A stretch of 64,000 nucleotides of DNA from an uncultured Bacteroidales bacterium. GTDB lineage: Bacteria; Bacteroidota; Bacteroidia; Bacteroidales; FEN-979. Below, one piece after another: positions 53,857 to 62,908 of the stretch; the stretch's first letter is position 1; the number at the start of each line of letters is the position of its first letter. The notes below the pieces were generated by a model. It was not told the DNA's origin, did no database searches, and saw only the letters and a list, made by a program, of their open reading frames with translations. The position numbers were made by a program, and so were the translations under genes. The stretch spans positions 20,674-84,673 of the forward strand of contig CAJBYO010000005.1 in the NCBI GenBank assembly GCA_903959905.1, in the 5' to 3' direction.

Positions 53857-54804
53857 TCAGAACCGTTTCACATATCCATGACAATACGGCGTCGTTCCTT
53901 TATGGTCGTAATAATCCTGGTGATAATCCTCGGCTTTCCAGAACGGTTTCGCAGGAATTACTTCAGTAACCACCTTAAACCCTTTCCCCTTTAATTCGGC
54001 AATCAGTTTTTCTGTGGTTGCTTTCTGTGCCTCGTACCGATAAAACACAGCCGAACGGTATTGTTCACCCCAGTCGGGCCCCTGGTGGTTCCATTGGGTT
54101 GGGTCGTGCGTTTCAAAGAACATCTTGGCAACCGCTTCAAAGGAGGTTTGTGCAGGGTCAAAAACCACTTCGATGGCTTCGTAATGGCCTGTTTTTCCTG
54201 CGCAGACTTCCTGGTAGGTCGGATGGTCCTTGTGCCCGCCGGTATAACCGACTTCGGTTGAAATAACGCCTTTGATCTTATTCATATAATATTCAACGCC
54301 CCAGAAACATCCGCCTGCAAAGATGGCGGTATCGGTGGCGGCAGCTTTGGAAGCAGGCATGAACTCAAGTGAAACCGAGTTGACACAATGGCGCGTGTCC
54401 TTTTCCGTCAGGCTTTCCCCGAGAAAGACATGTCCGAGATGGGCGCCGCATGCCGCACATTCAATCTCAGTGCGCATGCCGTCCGCATCCGGGATGCGTT
54501 TGACCGCTCCAGGGATTTCATCGTCAAATGCCGGCCAGCCGCAATGAGCATCAAATTTATCTGACGAACGGTAAAGGGGCGTACCACATCTTTTGCACAC
54601 ATAGGTTCCGGTTTCAGTGAATTTATCATATTTCCCGGTGAAGGGGGCCTCGGTTCCCTTGTGAACGATCACCCGCTCTTCTTCAGGAGTTAATTGCTTG
54701 AATTTCATGTTATTTTGCTTTAATGCTGCTTTCTGTTGCGGGTTCTGCGTACAACCAGTCATCGTCAGAATTACACAAACAAAGATAAGCATACTGGTTT
54801 TCAT
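53857..54804 (-). CDS. msrAB: Exported bifunctional methionine sulfoxide reductase MsrB-MsrA (lipoprotein)
   Basis: ATG 54804: MKTSMLIFVCVILTMTGC lipobox. MsrB: CxxC...GWPAF...RTEI.C..CG.HLGHVF. MsrA: GGCFWGVE. The track start 54810 is a TTG. Confidence 0.9.
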   Translation of the reverse strand: MKTSMLIFVCVILTMTGCTQNPQQKAALKQNNMKFKQLTPEEERVIVHKGTEAPFTGKYDKFTETGTYVCKRCGTPLYRSSDKFDAHCGWPAFDDEIPGAVKRIPDADGMRTEIECAACGAHLGHVFLGESLTEKDTRHCVNSVSLEFMPASKAAATDTAIFAGGCFWGVEYYMNKIKGVISTEVGYTGGHKDHPTYQEVCAGKTGHYEAIEVVFDPAQTSFEAVAKMFFETHDPTQWNHQGPDWGEQYRSAVFYRYEAQKATTEKLIAELKGKGFKVVTEVIPAKPFWKAEDYHQDYYDHKGTTPYCHGYVKRF

Positions 54805-54895
54805 AGTCAATGAAAATTATTTAGTCTTAATAAAAACGACTGAATGAAGAGATTGTTACACATCCGCGAAAAATTAAATGATCAAAAAAAACTGC

Positions 54896-54947
54896 CCCGT
54901 CCGCCCATCTACCCGTCCGCCCGTCCGCCCGCTCACCCGTTCACCCA
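54896..54947. repeat. Tandem C-rich ~8-11-nt units (CCCGTCCGCC-type) upstream of the kinase gene
   Basis: cccgtccgcccatctacccgtccgcccgtccgcccgctcacccgttcaccc. Confidence 0.7.
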
Positions 54948-54962
54948 ATTGAAATAATATCG

Positions 54963-54970
54963 TAATTTTG
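54963..54970 (+). promoter_or_regulatory. Bacteroidota -7 box (TAnnTTTG) for the kinase gene
   Basis: taattttg, 39 nt upstream of ATG 55009. Confidence 0.35.
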
Positions 54971-55008
54971 CCCTCTTACTTTACATTTTACACCCTACAT
55001 TTTACATC

Positions 55009-55983
55009 ATGAAAAAGATCCTCGGAATGGGCAATGCCCTGGTTGACATTATGATCCCGATTGAAGGAGACAACATCCTTGAACTTCTTGCACTACCGAA
55101 AGGCAGCATGCAACTTGTTGATATTGACCGCAGCAATGCAGTGCTGGACGCCCTTAAGAGTTACCAGAAAAGCCATTCGGCAGGAGGGTCGGCAGCCAAC
55201 ACCATCCACGGACTCGCCATGCTGGGTGCAAAAACCGGCTATATCGGCGTTGTGGGAGAGGACGAACTGGGCGGCTACTTTGTACGCGACCTTATCAAGG
55301 CTGGTGTTGACCCGCTTATGGTACACAGCAGGCAGGAAACCGGGCGGGCGGTTGCGCTCGTAACCCCCGATTCTGAGAGAACTTTTGCCACCTTTCTAGG
55401 AGCCGCCATTGAATTGTCGCCCGAACACCTTACTTCGGGTATGTTTAAGGGCTACAGTTTTTTTCACATTGAGGGCTACCTGGTTCAAAATCATGAACTG
55501 ATATTGCGTGCGGTTGAACTGGCGAAGGAAAACGGATTGCTAGTGTCTCTTGACATGGCCAGTTACAATGTCGTGGAGGCAAACAGGGAGTTTTTGCACG
55601 ACATTATTGTAAAATATGTTGATATTCTCTTTGCCAATGAAGAGGAGGCCCTTGCTTTCACAGGCCACGTTCCCGAAAATGCCGTTCATGAGATCTCAAA
55701 ATTTGTGGAGATCGCGGTCGTTAAGACCGGCGGCAACGGATCGCTGGTAAAAACAAATGCGGAGTACTGCGAGATTGGGGTTATTCCTGTCCAACCGATT
55801 GATACGACTGGTGCAGGCGATCTTTATGCTTCAGGTTTCCTTTTTGGCCTGTCCAAAGGACTTCCAATTCAGGTATGTGGTGAACTTGGTGCCCTCCTGG
55901 CCGGAAATGTTATTGAGTTTATGGGATCAAAAATGACGGAAGAACGCTGGGAGAAAATCAGGGGTGAAGTGTTAAATAGTTAA
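55009..55983 (+). CDS. PfkB-family carbohydrate/adenosine kinase
   Basis: GGSAANT, ..FANEEEA.., DTTGAGDLYASGFLFG. Confidence 0.8.
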   Translation: MKKILGMGNALVDIMIPIEGDNILELLALPKGSMQLVDIDRSNAVLDALKSYQKSHSAGGSAANTIHGLAMLGAKTGYIGVVGEDELGGYFVRDLIKAGVDPLMVHSRQETGRAVALVTPDSERTFATFLGAAIELSPEHLTSGMFKGYSFFHIEGYLVQNHELILRAVELAKENGLLVSLDMASYNVVEANREFLHDIIVKYVDILFANEEEALAFTGHVPENAVHEISKFVEIAVVKTGGNGSLVKTNAEYCEIGVIPVQPIDTTGAGDLYASGFLFGLSKGLPIQVCGELGALLAGNVIEFMGSKMTEERWEKIRGEVLNS

Positions 55984-55990
55984 CGACGAC

Positions 55991-56039
55991 AGGTGACGCG
56001 TGACGCGTGACAAGTGACAAGTGACAAGTGACAAGTGAC
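55991..56039. repeat. Seven tandem heptamers (AGGTGAC, GCGTGAC x2, AAGTGAC x4)
   Basis: Starts 8 nt after the adenosine-kinase stop. The same heptamer family occurs in-frame inside tviB (47757-47784). Confidence 0.8.
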
Positions 56040-56071
56040 TTCAGGTTATGCAATCATTTGTATAAGACCCT

Positions 56072-56116
56072 CATTATCTGCATTGTCTGCATTGTTTACA
56101 TTGCCTGCATTTCATT
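56072..56116. repeat. Tandem ~9-nt units (CTGCATTGT-type)
   Basis: cattatctgcattgtctgcattgtttacattgcctgcatttcatt. Confidence 0.6.
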
Positions 56117-56160
56117 CTTAATTCCTTTGTGCGTATCTTGGTTAATTGCAGAATAATTCA

Positions 56161-56168
56161 TAATTTTG
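56161..56168 (+). promoter_or_regulatory. Bacteroidota -7 box (TAnnTTTG) for the EF-G paralog
   Basis: taattttg, with a TTG-like -33 element ~20 nt upstream (cttg 56137-56140), 56 nt before ATG 56224. Confidence 0.35.
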
Positions 56169-56223
56169 TGGTCCTTTCACGAAAATTATAGTTCTCAATC
56201 ACTTATATAATTATCTAGCTGTC

Positions 56224-58359
56224 ATGAAGGTATACCAAACCAACGAAATCCGAAACATTGCCCTCATCGGGGGCGCCAAGTCAGGTAAAACAACATTAGC
56301 CGAAGCCATGCTGTTTGAAGGGGGCGTTATCAGCCGCCGTGGATCTGTGGAAGACAAGAATACGGTTTCCGACTATCGTCCGATTGAACTCGAGCGTCAG
56401 AACTCTGTATCAGCAACGATCCTTTACACATTGTTTGACAATAAGAAGATAAACATCATTGACACTCCCGGGTTTGATGATTTTTGCGGTGAGGTGATTT
56501 CTGCGCTTCGTGTGGTTGATACAGCTGTGATGCTGGTCAACGGGCAGAACGGTGTGGAAGTAGGTACTGAAATTACCTGGAGGTATGCCAACCGCGCAAA
56601 CACCCCGGTTATTTTCGTGATGAACCATCTTGACCAGGAAAATGCCAATTTTGATGAGACCCTCCGCCAGATGAAGGCCCAGTTTGGCAAGAATGTCACA
56701 CTGATGCAATATCCTGTCAATGCAGGATCAGGGTTTAATACCGTGATTGACCTGCTGAAGATGAAACAAATCAAATACACATCGGGCGGCGGCAAACCTG
56801 AAATTTCCGACATCCCGGCAGGCGAAAAAGACAAGGCAGAAGAGATGTATGCTTCCCTGATGGAAGAGCTTGCTTCCAAGGATGAAGCCCTCATGGAGAT
56901 TTTCTTTGACAAGGGAATTCTTACCGAAGAGCAGATGCTACAGGCACTCAAAACAGGATTGATCAACCGCACCATTTTCCCGGTTATGTTGACCTGTGCA
57001 AAGCAGGATATGGGCGTTGGCCGCCTGCTGGAGTTCATCACAGGCAGTGTTCCCGCACCAAACGAAATGCCCGGCATCAAAACCAAGGATGGCAAGGTAA
57101 TGACCTGCAAGTCAACTGATCCTACCTCGGCATTTATTTTCAAAACATCTATTGAACAGCACCTTGGTGAGATTTCCTATTTCAAGATCTACGCCGGCGA
57201 AGTAACCGAAGCGATGGATATGGTTAACCCTGTCCGTCAGTCAAAAGAACGCCTTTCACAGTTGTTTGTGATCAATGGCAAGAACCGCGAAAAGGTGGAA
57301 AAAATGGTTGCCGGTGACCTTGGCGCCACCATCAAACTAAAGAATTCGTTTACCAACAATACACTGAACTCCCTCAAGAACCCGGATGATGTGATCGAGC
57401 CGATCACCTATCCTGATCCAAAGTTCAGAACTGCTGTAAAGGCAAAGAACACCGCTGATGATGAGAAGATCAACGGAATCCTCAATGAACTGGCCAAAAT
57501 GGACCCGACGCTCATCATGGGATTTTCCCGCGAGTTGAAGCAGATGATCCTCCAGGGACAGGGTGAACTTCACCTCAACCTGGCCAAATGGCATGTTGAA
57601 ACCCTTGAAAAGATCCCGATGGAATTTTATGCCCCGAGGATCCCGTATCGTGAAACCATCACCAAATCAGCCAAAGCCACTTACCGTCACAAAAAACAGT
57701 CAGGCGGTTCAGGACAGTTCGGCGAGGTTCATATGATGATCCAGCCGTACCGTGAAGGCATGACCGAGCAAACGGAATTCCCGATCCGCGGCCGCGATGT
57801 GGTTGATCTCGAATGGGGCGGAAAACTCCAGATGAACACCTGTATCGTGGGTGGTGCCATTGATGCACGTTTCCTTCCGGCTATCATGAAAGGTGTTATG
57901 GAGAAGATGGAAGAGGGCCCGTTAACCGGATCATACGCCCGTGATATCGTTTTCAACGTGTATGACGGTAAAATGCACCCGGTTGACTCCAATGAAATCT
58001 CGTTCAAACTTGCCGGACGTAATGCATTCCGGGAGGCTTTCAGAAATGCCGGTCCGAAGATTATGGAGCCGATTTACGATGTGGAAGTGATTGTACCCGA
58101 AGATAAGATGGGTGAAGTCATGACCGACCTTCAGGGTCGCCGTGCTGTGATCATGGGCATGGACAGTGAAGGCAACTATCAGAAAATCATGGCGAAAGTG
58201 CCTCTTGCAGAAATGAACCGTTACTCCACAGCGCTGAGTTCCATCACCAGCGGCCGTGCAACCTACGGAATGAAATATGCCGAATATGCACAGGTTCCGA
58301 CCGACATCCAGGAAAAGTTGCTGAAGGCATACGAAGACCAGGAAAAAGAAGAAGAATAG
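56224..58359 (+). CDS. Elongation factor G paralog with divergent G1 motif
   Basis: IALIGGAKSGKTTL replaces the canonical AHxDAGKT. DTPGFDDF, NHLD. Domains II-V are recognisable (HLGEISYFKIYAGE, YRETI, GGSGQFG). Confidence 0.85.
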   Translation: MKVYQTNEIRNIALIGGAKSGKTTLAEAMLFEGGVISRRGSVEDKNTVSDYRPIELERQNSVSATILYTLFDNKKINIIDTPGFDDFCGEVISALRVVDTAVMLVNGQNGVEVGTEITWRYANRANTPVIFVMNHLDQENANFDETLRQMKAQFGKNVTLMQYPVNAGSGFNTVIDLLKMKQIKYTSGGGKPEISDIPAGEKDKAEEMYASLMEELASKDEALMEIFFDKGILTEEQMLQALKTGLINRTIFPVMLTCAKQDMGVGRLLEFITGSVPAPNEMPGIKTKDGKVMTCKSTDPTSAFIFKTSIEQHLGEISYFKIYAGEVTEAMDMVNPVRQSKERLSQLFVINGKNREKVEKMVAGDLGATIKLKNSFTNNTLNSLKNPDDVIEPITYPDPKFRTAVKAKNTADDEKINGILNELAKMDPTLIMGFSRELKQMILQGQGELHLNLAKWHVETLEKIPMEFYAPRIPYRETITKSAKATYRHKKQSGGSGQFGEVHMMIQPYREGMTEQTEFPIRGRDVVDLEWGGKLQMNTCIVGGAIDARFLPAIMKGVMEKMEEGPLTGSYARDIVFNVYDGKMHPVDSNEISFKLAGRNAFREAFRNAGPKIMEPIYDVEVIVPEDKMGEVMTDLQGRRAVIMGMDSEGNYQKIMAKVPLAEMNRYSTALSSITSGRATYGMKYAEYAQVPTDIQEKLLKAYEDQEKEEE

Positions 58360-58379
58360 TCAACTTTTTACAACCATTG

Positions 58380-58408
58380 AAAACCCGGTCATTTGGCCGG
58401 GTTTTTTT
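58380..58408 (+). terminator. Rho-independent terminator after the EF-G paralog
   Basis: aaaacccgg-tcatttgg-ccgggttttttt. A 9-bp stem (including A-U pairs) followed by a T-run, 20 nt after the stop codon. Confidence 0.75.
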
Positions 58409-58424
58409 GAATTCAGATGTAACC

Positions 58425-59687
58425 GTGCCAGACAATGATACCTCTTCTGTAAAGCATGATGCCTACGCGGTGCTGAAGGTCGGTGATTTCAGGTTGTTCC
58501 TGTCTTTCCGCTTTTTTACCACCATTGCTTTCCAGATGCAGGGGCTCATCGTTGGCTGGCAGATGTATGAACTTACCAGGGACCCGCTGGCACTCGGGCT
58601 CATCGGACTTGCTGAAGCCTTGCCGAATATTGCCACCGCCCTATTTGCCGGTCATGCCGCCGACCGCTACAACCGGAAACGGATCATCGTATTGTTCACG
58701 CTTTTGTTCCTGGTGGGGACCACCATGCTTTTTTTGTTCTCCATAAAATCACTGGGAATCATTGCAGCATTCGGTGTGTTCCCGATCTATCTTGTGGTGA
58801 TGATCTCCGGCATCTCACGGTCTTTCCTGTATCCTGCAATTGTAGCGATGATGTCGCAACTCATTCCAAGGCAGCTGTACACAAACGCCTCCACCTGGAG
58901 CAGCACGATGTGGCATATTGCAGCCATCACCGGCCCGGCACTGGGCGGACTGATTTACGGATTTTTTGGGGTAAGGGCCGCATACATGAGTGTGCTTGTT
59001 TTTCTGATGATCTCCCTTCTTTTGCTTGGCTTTGTGAAGAACCGGCCGATGCCGCAGTTTGTTCCGGGAGAAAGCCTCTACCATCGGCTTTCATCCGGGC
59101 TTAAATTTGTATTTAACAACCAGGTTCTCCTGGGAGCGATGTCGCTTGATATGTTTGCCGTGCTCTTTGGTGGCGCGGTTGCCATGCTGCCTGTATTTGC
59201 CGCGGAAGTGCTGAAGGTTGGTCCCCAGGGACTGGGTTTTTTACGTGCCGCCCCGATGCTGGGTGCCGTGATGATGTCGCTGGTGATGGCCCACCGTCCT
59301 CCCATGGTCCATGCAGGCCGGTACCTGATGATCGGCGTGGCGGGATTCGGGTTAAGCATCATCTGTTTTGCCCTGTCGCGAAATTTCTATCTTTCGCTCG
59401 GACTGCTCATGCTCAGCGGGATGTTCGACAACATCAGCGTAATCATCCGTGCAACGGCCATGCAACTGCTTACCCCCGACGAGATGCGCGGCCGGGTGGC
59501 CTCCGTCAACGCCATCTTCATCGGCTCGTCGAACGAGATCGGGTCCTTCGAATCGGGCGTTGCGGCAAAGCTGATGGGACTGATCCCTTCCGTGATCTTC
59601 GGCGGCATCATGACGCTGGGGATCGTTGGGTTTACGACACGGTTTGCGCCGAAGCTGAGGAGGTTGAACCTGCAGGAGATCGGTTGA
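58425..59687 (+). CDS. MFS transporter
   Basis: 12-TM pattern with D-R-x-x-R-K-like loop (ADRYNRKR). The start is uncertain (TTG 58407 or GTG 58425). The track start 58377 overlaps the upstream terminator. Confidence 0.8.
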   Translation: MPDNDTSSVKHDAYAVLKVGDFRLFLSFRFFTTIAFQMQGLIVGWQMYELTRDPLALGLIGLAEALPNIATALFAGHAADRYNRKRIIVLFTLLFLVGTTMLFLFSIKSLGIIAAFGVFPIYLVVMISGISRSFLYPAIVAMMSQLIPRQLYTNASTWSSTMWHIAAITGPALGGLIYGFFGVRAAYMSVLVFLMISLLLLGFVKNRPMPQFVPGESLYHRLSSGLKFVFNNQVLLGAMSLDMFAVLFGGAVAMLPVFAAEVLKVGPQGLGFLRAAPMLGAVMMSLVMAHRPPMVHAGRYLMIGVAGFGLSIICFALSRNFYLSLGLLMLSGMFDNISVIIRATAMQLLTPDEMRGRVASVNAIFIGSSNEIGSFESGVAAKLMGLIPSVIFGGIMTLGIVGFTTRFAPKLRRLNLQEIG

Positions 59688-59704
59688 CAGGGTAAAAGTG
59701 CCCC

Positions 59705-62700
59705 TTACCGCAGCAAAGTTATTGACCCGTTTGCATGGTACGTTTCTCCCGATGATTCATCCAGGTTATAGGTGGCAATGAACATATACACCCCGTCGGA
59801 GCACATTTCACCCTTGATCCTCCCGTCCCATCCAGGTTCGATTTCGTTGGATTCATAGATCTTCAGTCCCCATCGGTCATAGATCATGATGTTGTATTTG
59901 GTGACGCCGAGCCCGACAGGGTGGAAGGTCTCATTCAGCCCGTCGCCGTTCGGGGTGAACACATTCGGGAACCAGAGCGGCGACACACATTCGCCGATGG
60001 CGATGCTGTCGCGGGCTGTACAGCCGTCTTTGGTCACGATCACCCAATAATCACCTGGGGAGTAAACGGCATAGGTTGAGTCTGTTGAGCCATCTGGCCA
60101 GAGATATCCTGCGCCCGGGACGCCAGTATGCAGCATGATCGGAGGGCCATTGCAGAACATGGTGTCTTTACCCAATGATACCGGGATGGCAGGTTTATAT
60201 CTGAGGGTTGTCTGGATGATGCTGTCGCAGCCGCCGCCATTCGGGATGGTATCATGATAGGTCCCCGGCTGGGTTTGCAGGGCGCCTCCGGCGAACCATG
60301 CGGTGCCTGCACAGAGTGTGGTATCAATATAAACGGGAGCGGGCCTGGCAATGACGACGATCTGCTTGCAAAGGCTGGCCTGGTCAGGCTTTCCTTCATT
60401 GACAATCAGTTGGACCTGGTAGGTGCCAGGCTGGCTGTAAGAATAGGCTGGAGGATTGTAAAGGTCCGAGGAGGCTGTGGCTGCGTTTGAACAGGAAAGG
60501 AAATGCAGCCTTGTGAGTGTGGAATTCTGGCGGTTCACTGCGTACAGGAACAGGGTATCGCCGACCCTGAAAAGTTCGGAAAAAGTATTTGGACGGGCCA
60601 GCGAGCCAATGTTACCCAGTGAATTTCCCAGGAGAGGGCCGGTAATTCCGGATGGCAAACGTAGTCGCCAGATGAGATCGGAAGATGTTGACGAATAGTG
60701 CAGCTGAAATCCTGTAATTCGCTGACAATCCCGTATGAATGAAATTTCACCGGGGGGTGACAAGGAAGGGCATGCGGTTCCGGTGTTTATGCCAGTGGGG
60801 GTGTTCAGCAGCGAATTCCCAAATGTCAGCCGGGTGATAGTATTATCCCCGTTATTGACAACCATGCAGTACCATACTCCGTTTTCCTTCAGAAACTGAA
60901 AAGCAGCGGGGTTGTTCATTGCTCCCAATGGCCCTAAGTCGGTAAGCACAGGGGCATTCAAAAGGCTGTTGCCAAAATCCATTCGGATCATCCTGTTGGT
61001 CTGGTTTGAGGTGATAAAGCCGAGCCAGGTGCTGCCTTCCTTGATTATTTCAAGGCCCCGGGCGACATAGAGCATGGAATATGGGCCAAGAAGCGTGGCA
61101 GAAGGAGTGTTCGCAAGGGAGGTGCCGAAATTCAGTCTTACCAGCCTGTTGTTGTTGTTCACGATCCCGATCCACTGCCCGTTGTCGTACCGGATCTTAA
61201 TCCCCATGACAGTATCGCTCAGCAAGCCGAAACCACCTAGGTTTGTCCATGAAACCGGTTTGTTGTTAAAGCTCGTTCCATGACTGTATCTTACCACCGA
61301 TTTGCTGGCCTGGTTTGTAATAAACGAATGGCAATTGTTCCCGTCCTTTACAAGTGTACAATACCCGGGCACGTTCAGCATGTTTCCGGGATTGCCGATA
61401 TTGGAGCCCAACGGGTTCGGCAGGGTATCCCCGGTGCAAAAACTCCAGTAAAACGATTCTCCTCCAACAGTCTGGTTTAAAATATTTACCGGCATACCAA
61501 CACAAACGGTATCCGGTGCAGAAAATGCAGCATTCAGATTTACCGGACAGGCTTTTACCACAATGCTCTTGCACACAGTCGCCTGGGTTGGCATTCCTTC
61601 ATTGACGATCAGCTGAATATTGTATGTTCCGGGCTGACTGTAAGAAAAGGATGGAGGGGAGTACTGGCCGGATGAAGGGACTGAGGCGTTGGTGCAAGGC
61701 AGAAATCGCAACCGGGTCAGGCTGGGAGTCAACCGGTTGGTCGCATAAAGAAACAGCGTATCCCCCGACCGGAAGAGTTCCGAAAAACGCAGGGGCTGGC
61801 TCAGGTTACCGATATTTCCCAGTGAAGTGCCTGTGACAGGCCCCGTGATACCGCTGGGGAAATTCAGGCGCCAGATCAGGTCGGGGGAGGTTACGGAAGT
61901 GTTGAGTTGATACCCGACTGTGTTTTCACAGTCCCGGATAAGGGCAATGCCGGCAGCAGTAATCGAAGGGCACACATTGCCAAGATTAACGCCATCCGGG
62001 GGATTTAGCAATGAACTGCCAAAAGAAAACCGGGTGAGGGTGTTATCCCCGTAATTTACCACGATCCCGGTCCAACTACCGGATTCTTTTATGATACAGA
62101 ATGTGGTGGGCATATTCATGGCCCCGGGAGTTCCAAGGTCTGTCAGGACAGGGGAATTTAAAAGACTGTTGCCAAAATTCAACCTCACCAGCCTGTTTCC
62201 CCAGGAACAGGTTACAAAGCCGATCCAATTACCTCCTTCGTAAAACAGGTCGAGGCCATGGGCAAAATAGAGCAGGGAATATGTTCCCAGCATGGTTGCT
62301 GTTGGCGTATTTCCCACGGATGATCCGAAATTCAGCCTGACAATCTTGGTGTTGTCAACCACAATTCCGATCCATGTCCCGTTGTCGTTGCGGATTTTAA
62401 TGCCCTGGACAGTATCGCTGATCATGCTAAAATCCCCGAGGTTCGTCCATGAAACCGGGTTGTTATTGAAGCTGGCGCCATGATTATACCTCACCACCCT
62501 GTTGCTACCATGGGTGGTGATGAAAGAGTAACATGTTCCACCGTCTTTCACCATGGTGATATATCCCGGGATATTGAGCAGGTTACCGGGATTGCCGATA
62601 TTGATCCCGGCCGGATCTGACACAACATTGCCTGAGCAGAAATTCCAGTAGCAGCTGCTCACGCCTGCCGAGGTGTTGGTAATGCTGACCGGTTGATTCA

Positions 62701-62827
62701 CGCAAACGGTATCAGGCGAGAGGAATGCCGCCACCTGGGCCTGGAGAAAAGGGCCGGACAGGATCTGGAGCAGGACAAGGGCAACAGCAGCGATCAGCGG
62801 TCTTGCAGCGTTCATGAGTGAGGGCAT
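59705..62827 (-). CDS. T9SS type-B (gliding-motility-associated C-terminal domain) surface protein with two ~390-aa tandem modules
   Basis: C-terminal FPNVFTPNGDGLNETF...YDRWG..IYES...WDG. Residues ~35-425 and ~430-820 are collinear paralogous modules. Confidence 0.85.
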   Translation of the reverse strand: MPSLMNAARPLIAAVALVLLQILSGPFLQAQVAAFLSPDTVCVNQPVSITNTSAGVSSCYWNFCSGNVVSDPAGINIGNPGNLLNIPGYITMVKDGGTCYSFITTHGSNRVVRYNHGASFNNNPVSWTNLGDFSMISDTVQGIKIRNDNGTWIGIVVDNTKIVRLNFGSSVGNTPTATMLGTYSLLYFAHGLDLFYEGGNWIGFVTCSWGNRLVRLNFGNSLLNSPVLTDLGTPGAMNMPTTFCIIKESGSWTGIVVNYGDNTLTRFSFGSSLLNPPDGVNLGNVCPSITAAGIALIRDCENTVGYQLNTSVTSPDLIWRLNFPSGITGPVTGTSLGNIGNLSQPLRFSELFRSGDTLFLYATNRLTPSLTRLRFLPCTNASVPSSGQYSPPSFSYSQPGTYNIQLIVNEGMPTQATVCKSIVVKACPVNLNAAFSAPDTVCVGMPVNILNQTVGGESFYWSFCTGDTLPNPLGSNIGNPGNMLNVPGYCTLVKDGNNCHSFITNQASKSVVRYSHGTSFNNKPVSWTNLGGFGLLSDTVMGIKIRYDNGQWIGIVNNNNRLVRLNFGTSLANTPSATLLGPYSMLYVARGLEIIKEGSTWLGFITSNQTNRMIRMDFGNSLLNAPVLTDLGPLGAMNNPAAFQFLKENGVWYCMVVNNGDNTITRLTFGNSLLNTPTGINTGTACPSLSPPGEISFIRDCQRITGFQLHYSSTSSDLIWRLRLPSGITGPLLGNSLGNIGSLARPNTFSELFRVGDTLFLYAVNRQNSTLTRLHFLSCSNAATASSDLYNPPAYSYSQPGTYQVQLIVNEGKPDQASLCKQIVVIARPAPVYIDTTLCAGTAWFAGGALQTQPGTYHDTIPNGGGCDSIIQTTLRYKPAIPVSLGKDTMFCNGPPIMLHTGVPGAGYLWPDGSTDSTYAVYSPGDYWVIVTKDGCTARDSIAIGECVSPLWFPNVFTPNGDGLNETFHPVGLGVTKYNIMIYDRWGLKIYESNEIEPGWDGRIKGEMCSDGVYMFIATYNLDESSGETYHANGSITLLR

Positions 62828-62908
62828 GCCAAGTAAGTACCCGGTAAAGTTAGCAAAGATATGCGGAAGGTGGGTGGAATGTGAAAATCTTTTATCTCAC
62901 CCCCTGGC

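Noticed and set aside
55991-56039. Tandem arrays (also 47757-47784, 49016-49038, 54896-54947), considered as possible CRISPR arrays.
   Set aside because: The repeat period is only 7-11 nt with no unique spacers, and there are no cas genes in the window. They are simple tandem or hairpin-arm repeats.
53823-56039. Complementary 9-mers (gtcacttgt near 53842 and acaagtgac within 55991-56039), considered as long-range inverted repeats flanking msrAB and the kinase gene.
   Set aside because: The match is only ~9 nt across 2.1 kb. It is more simply explained by shared repeat-unit vocabulary than by a composite element.
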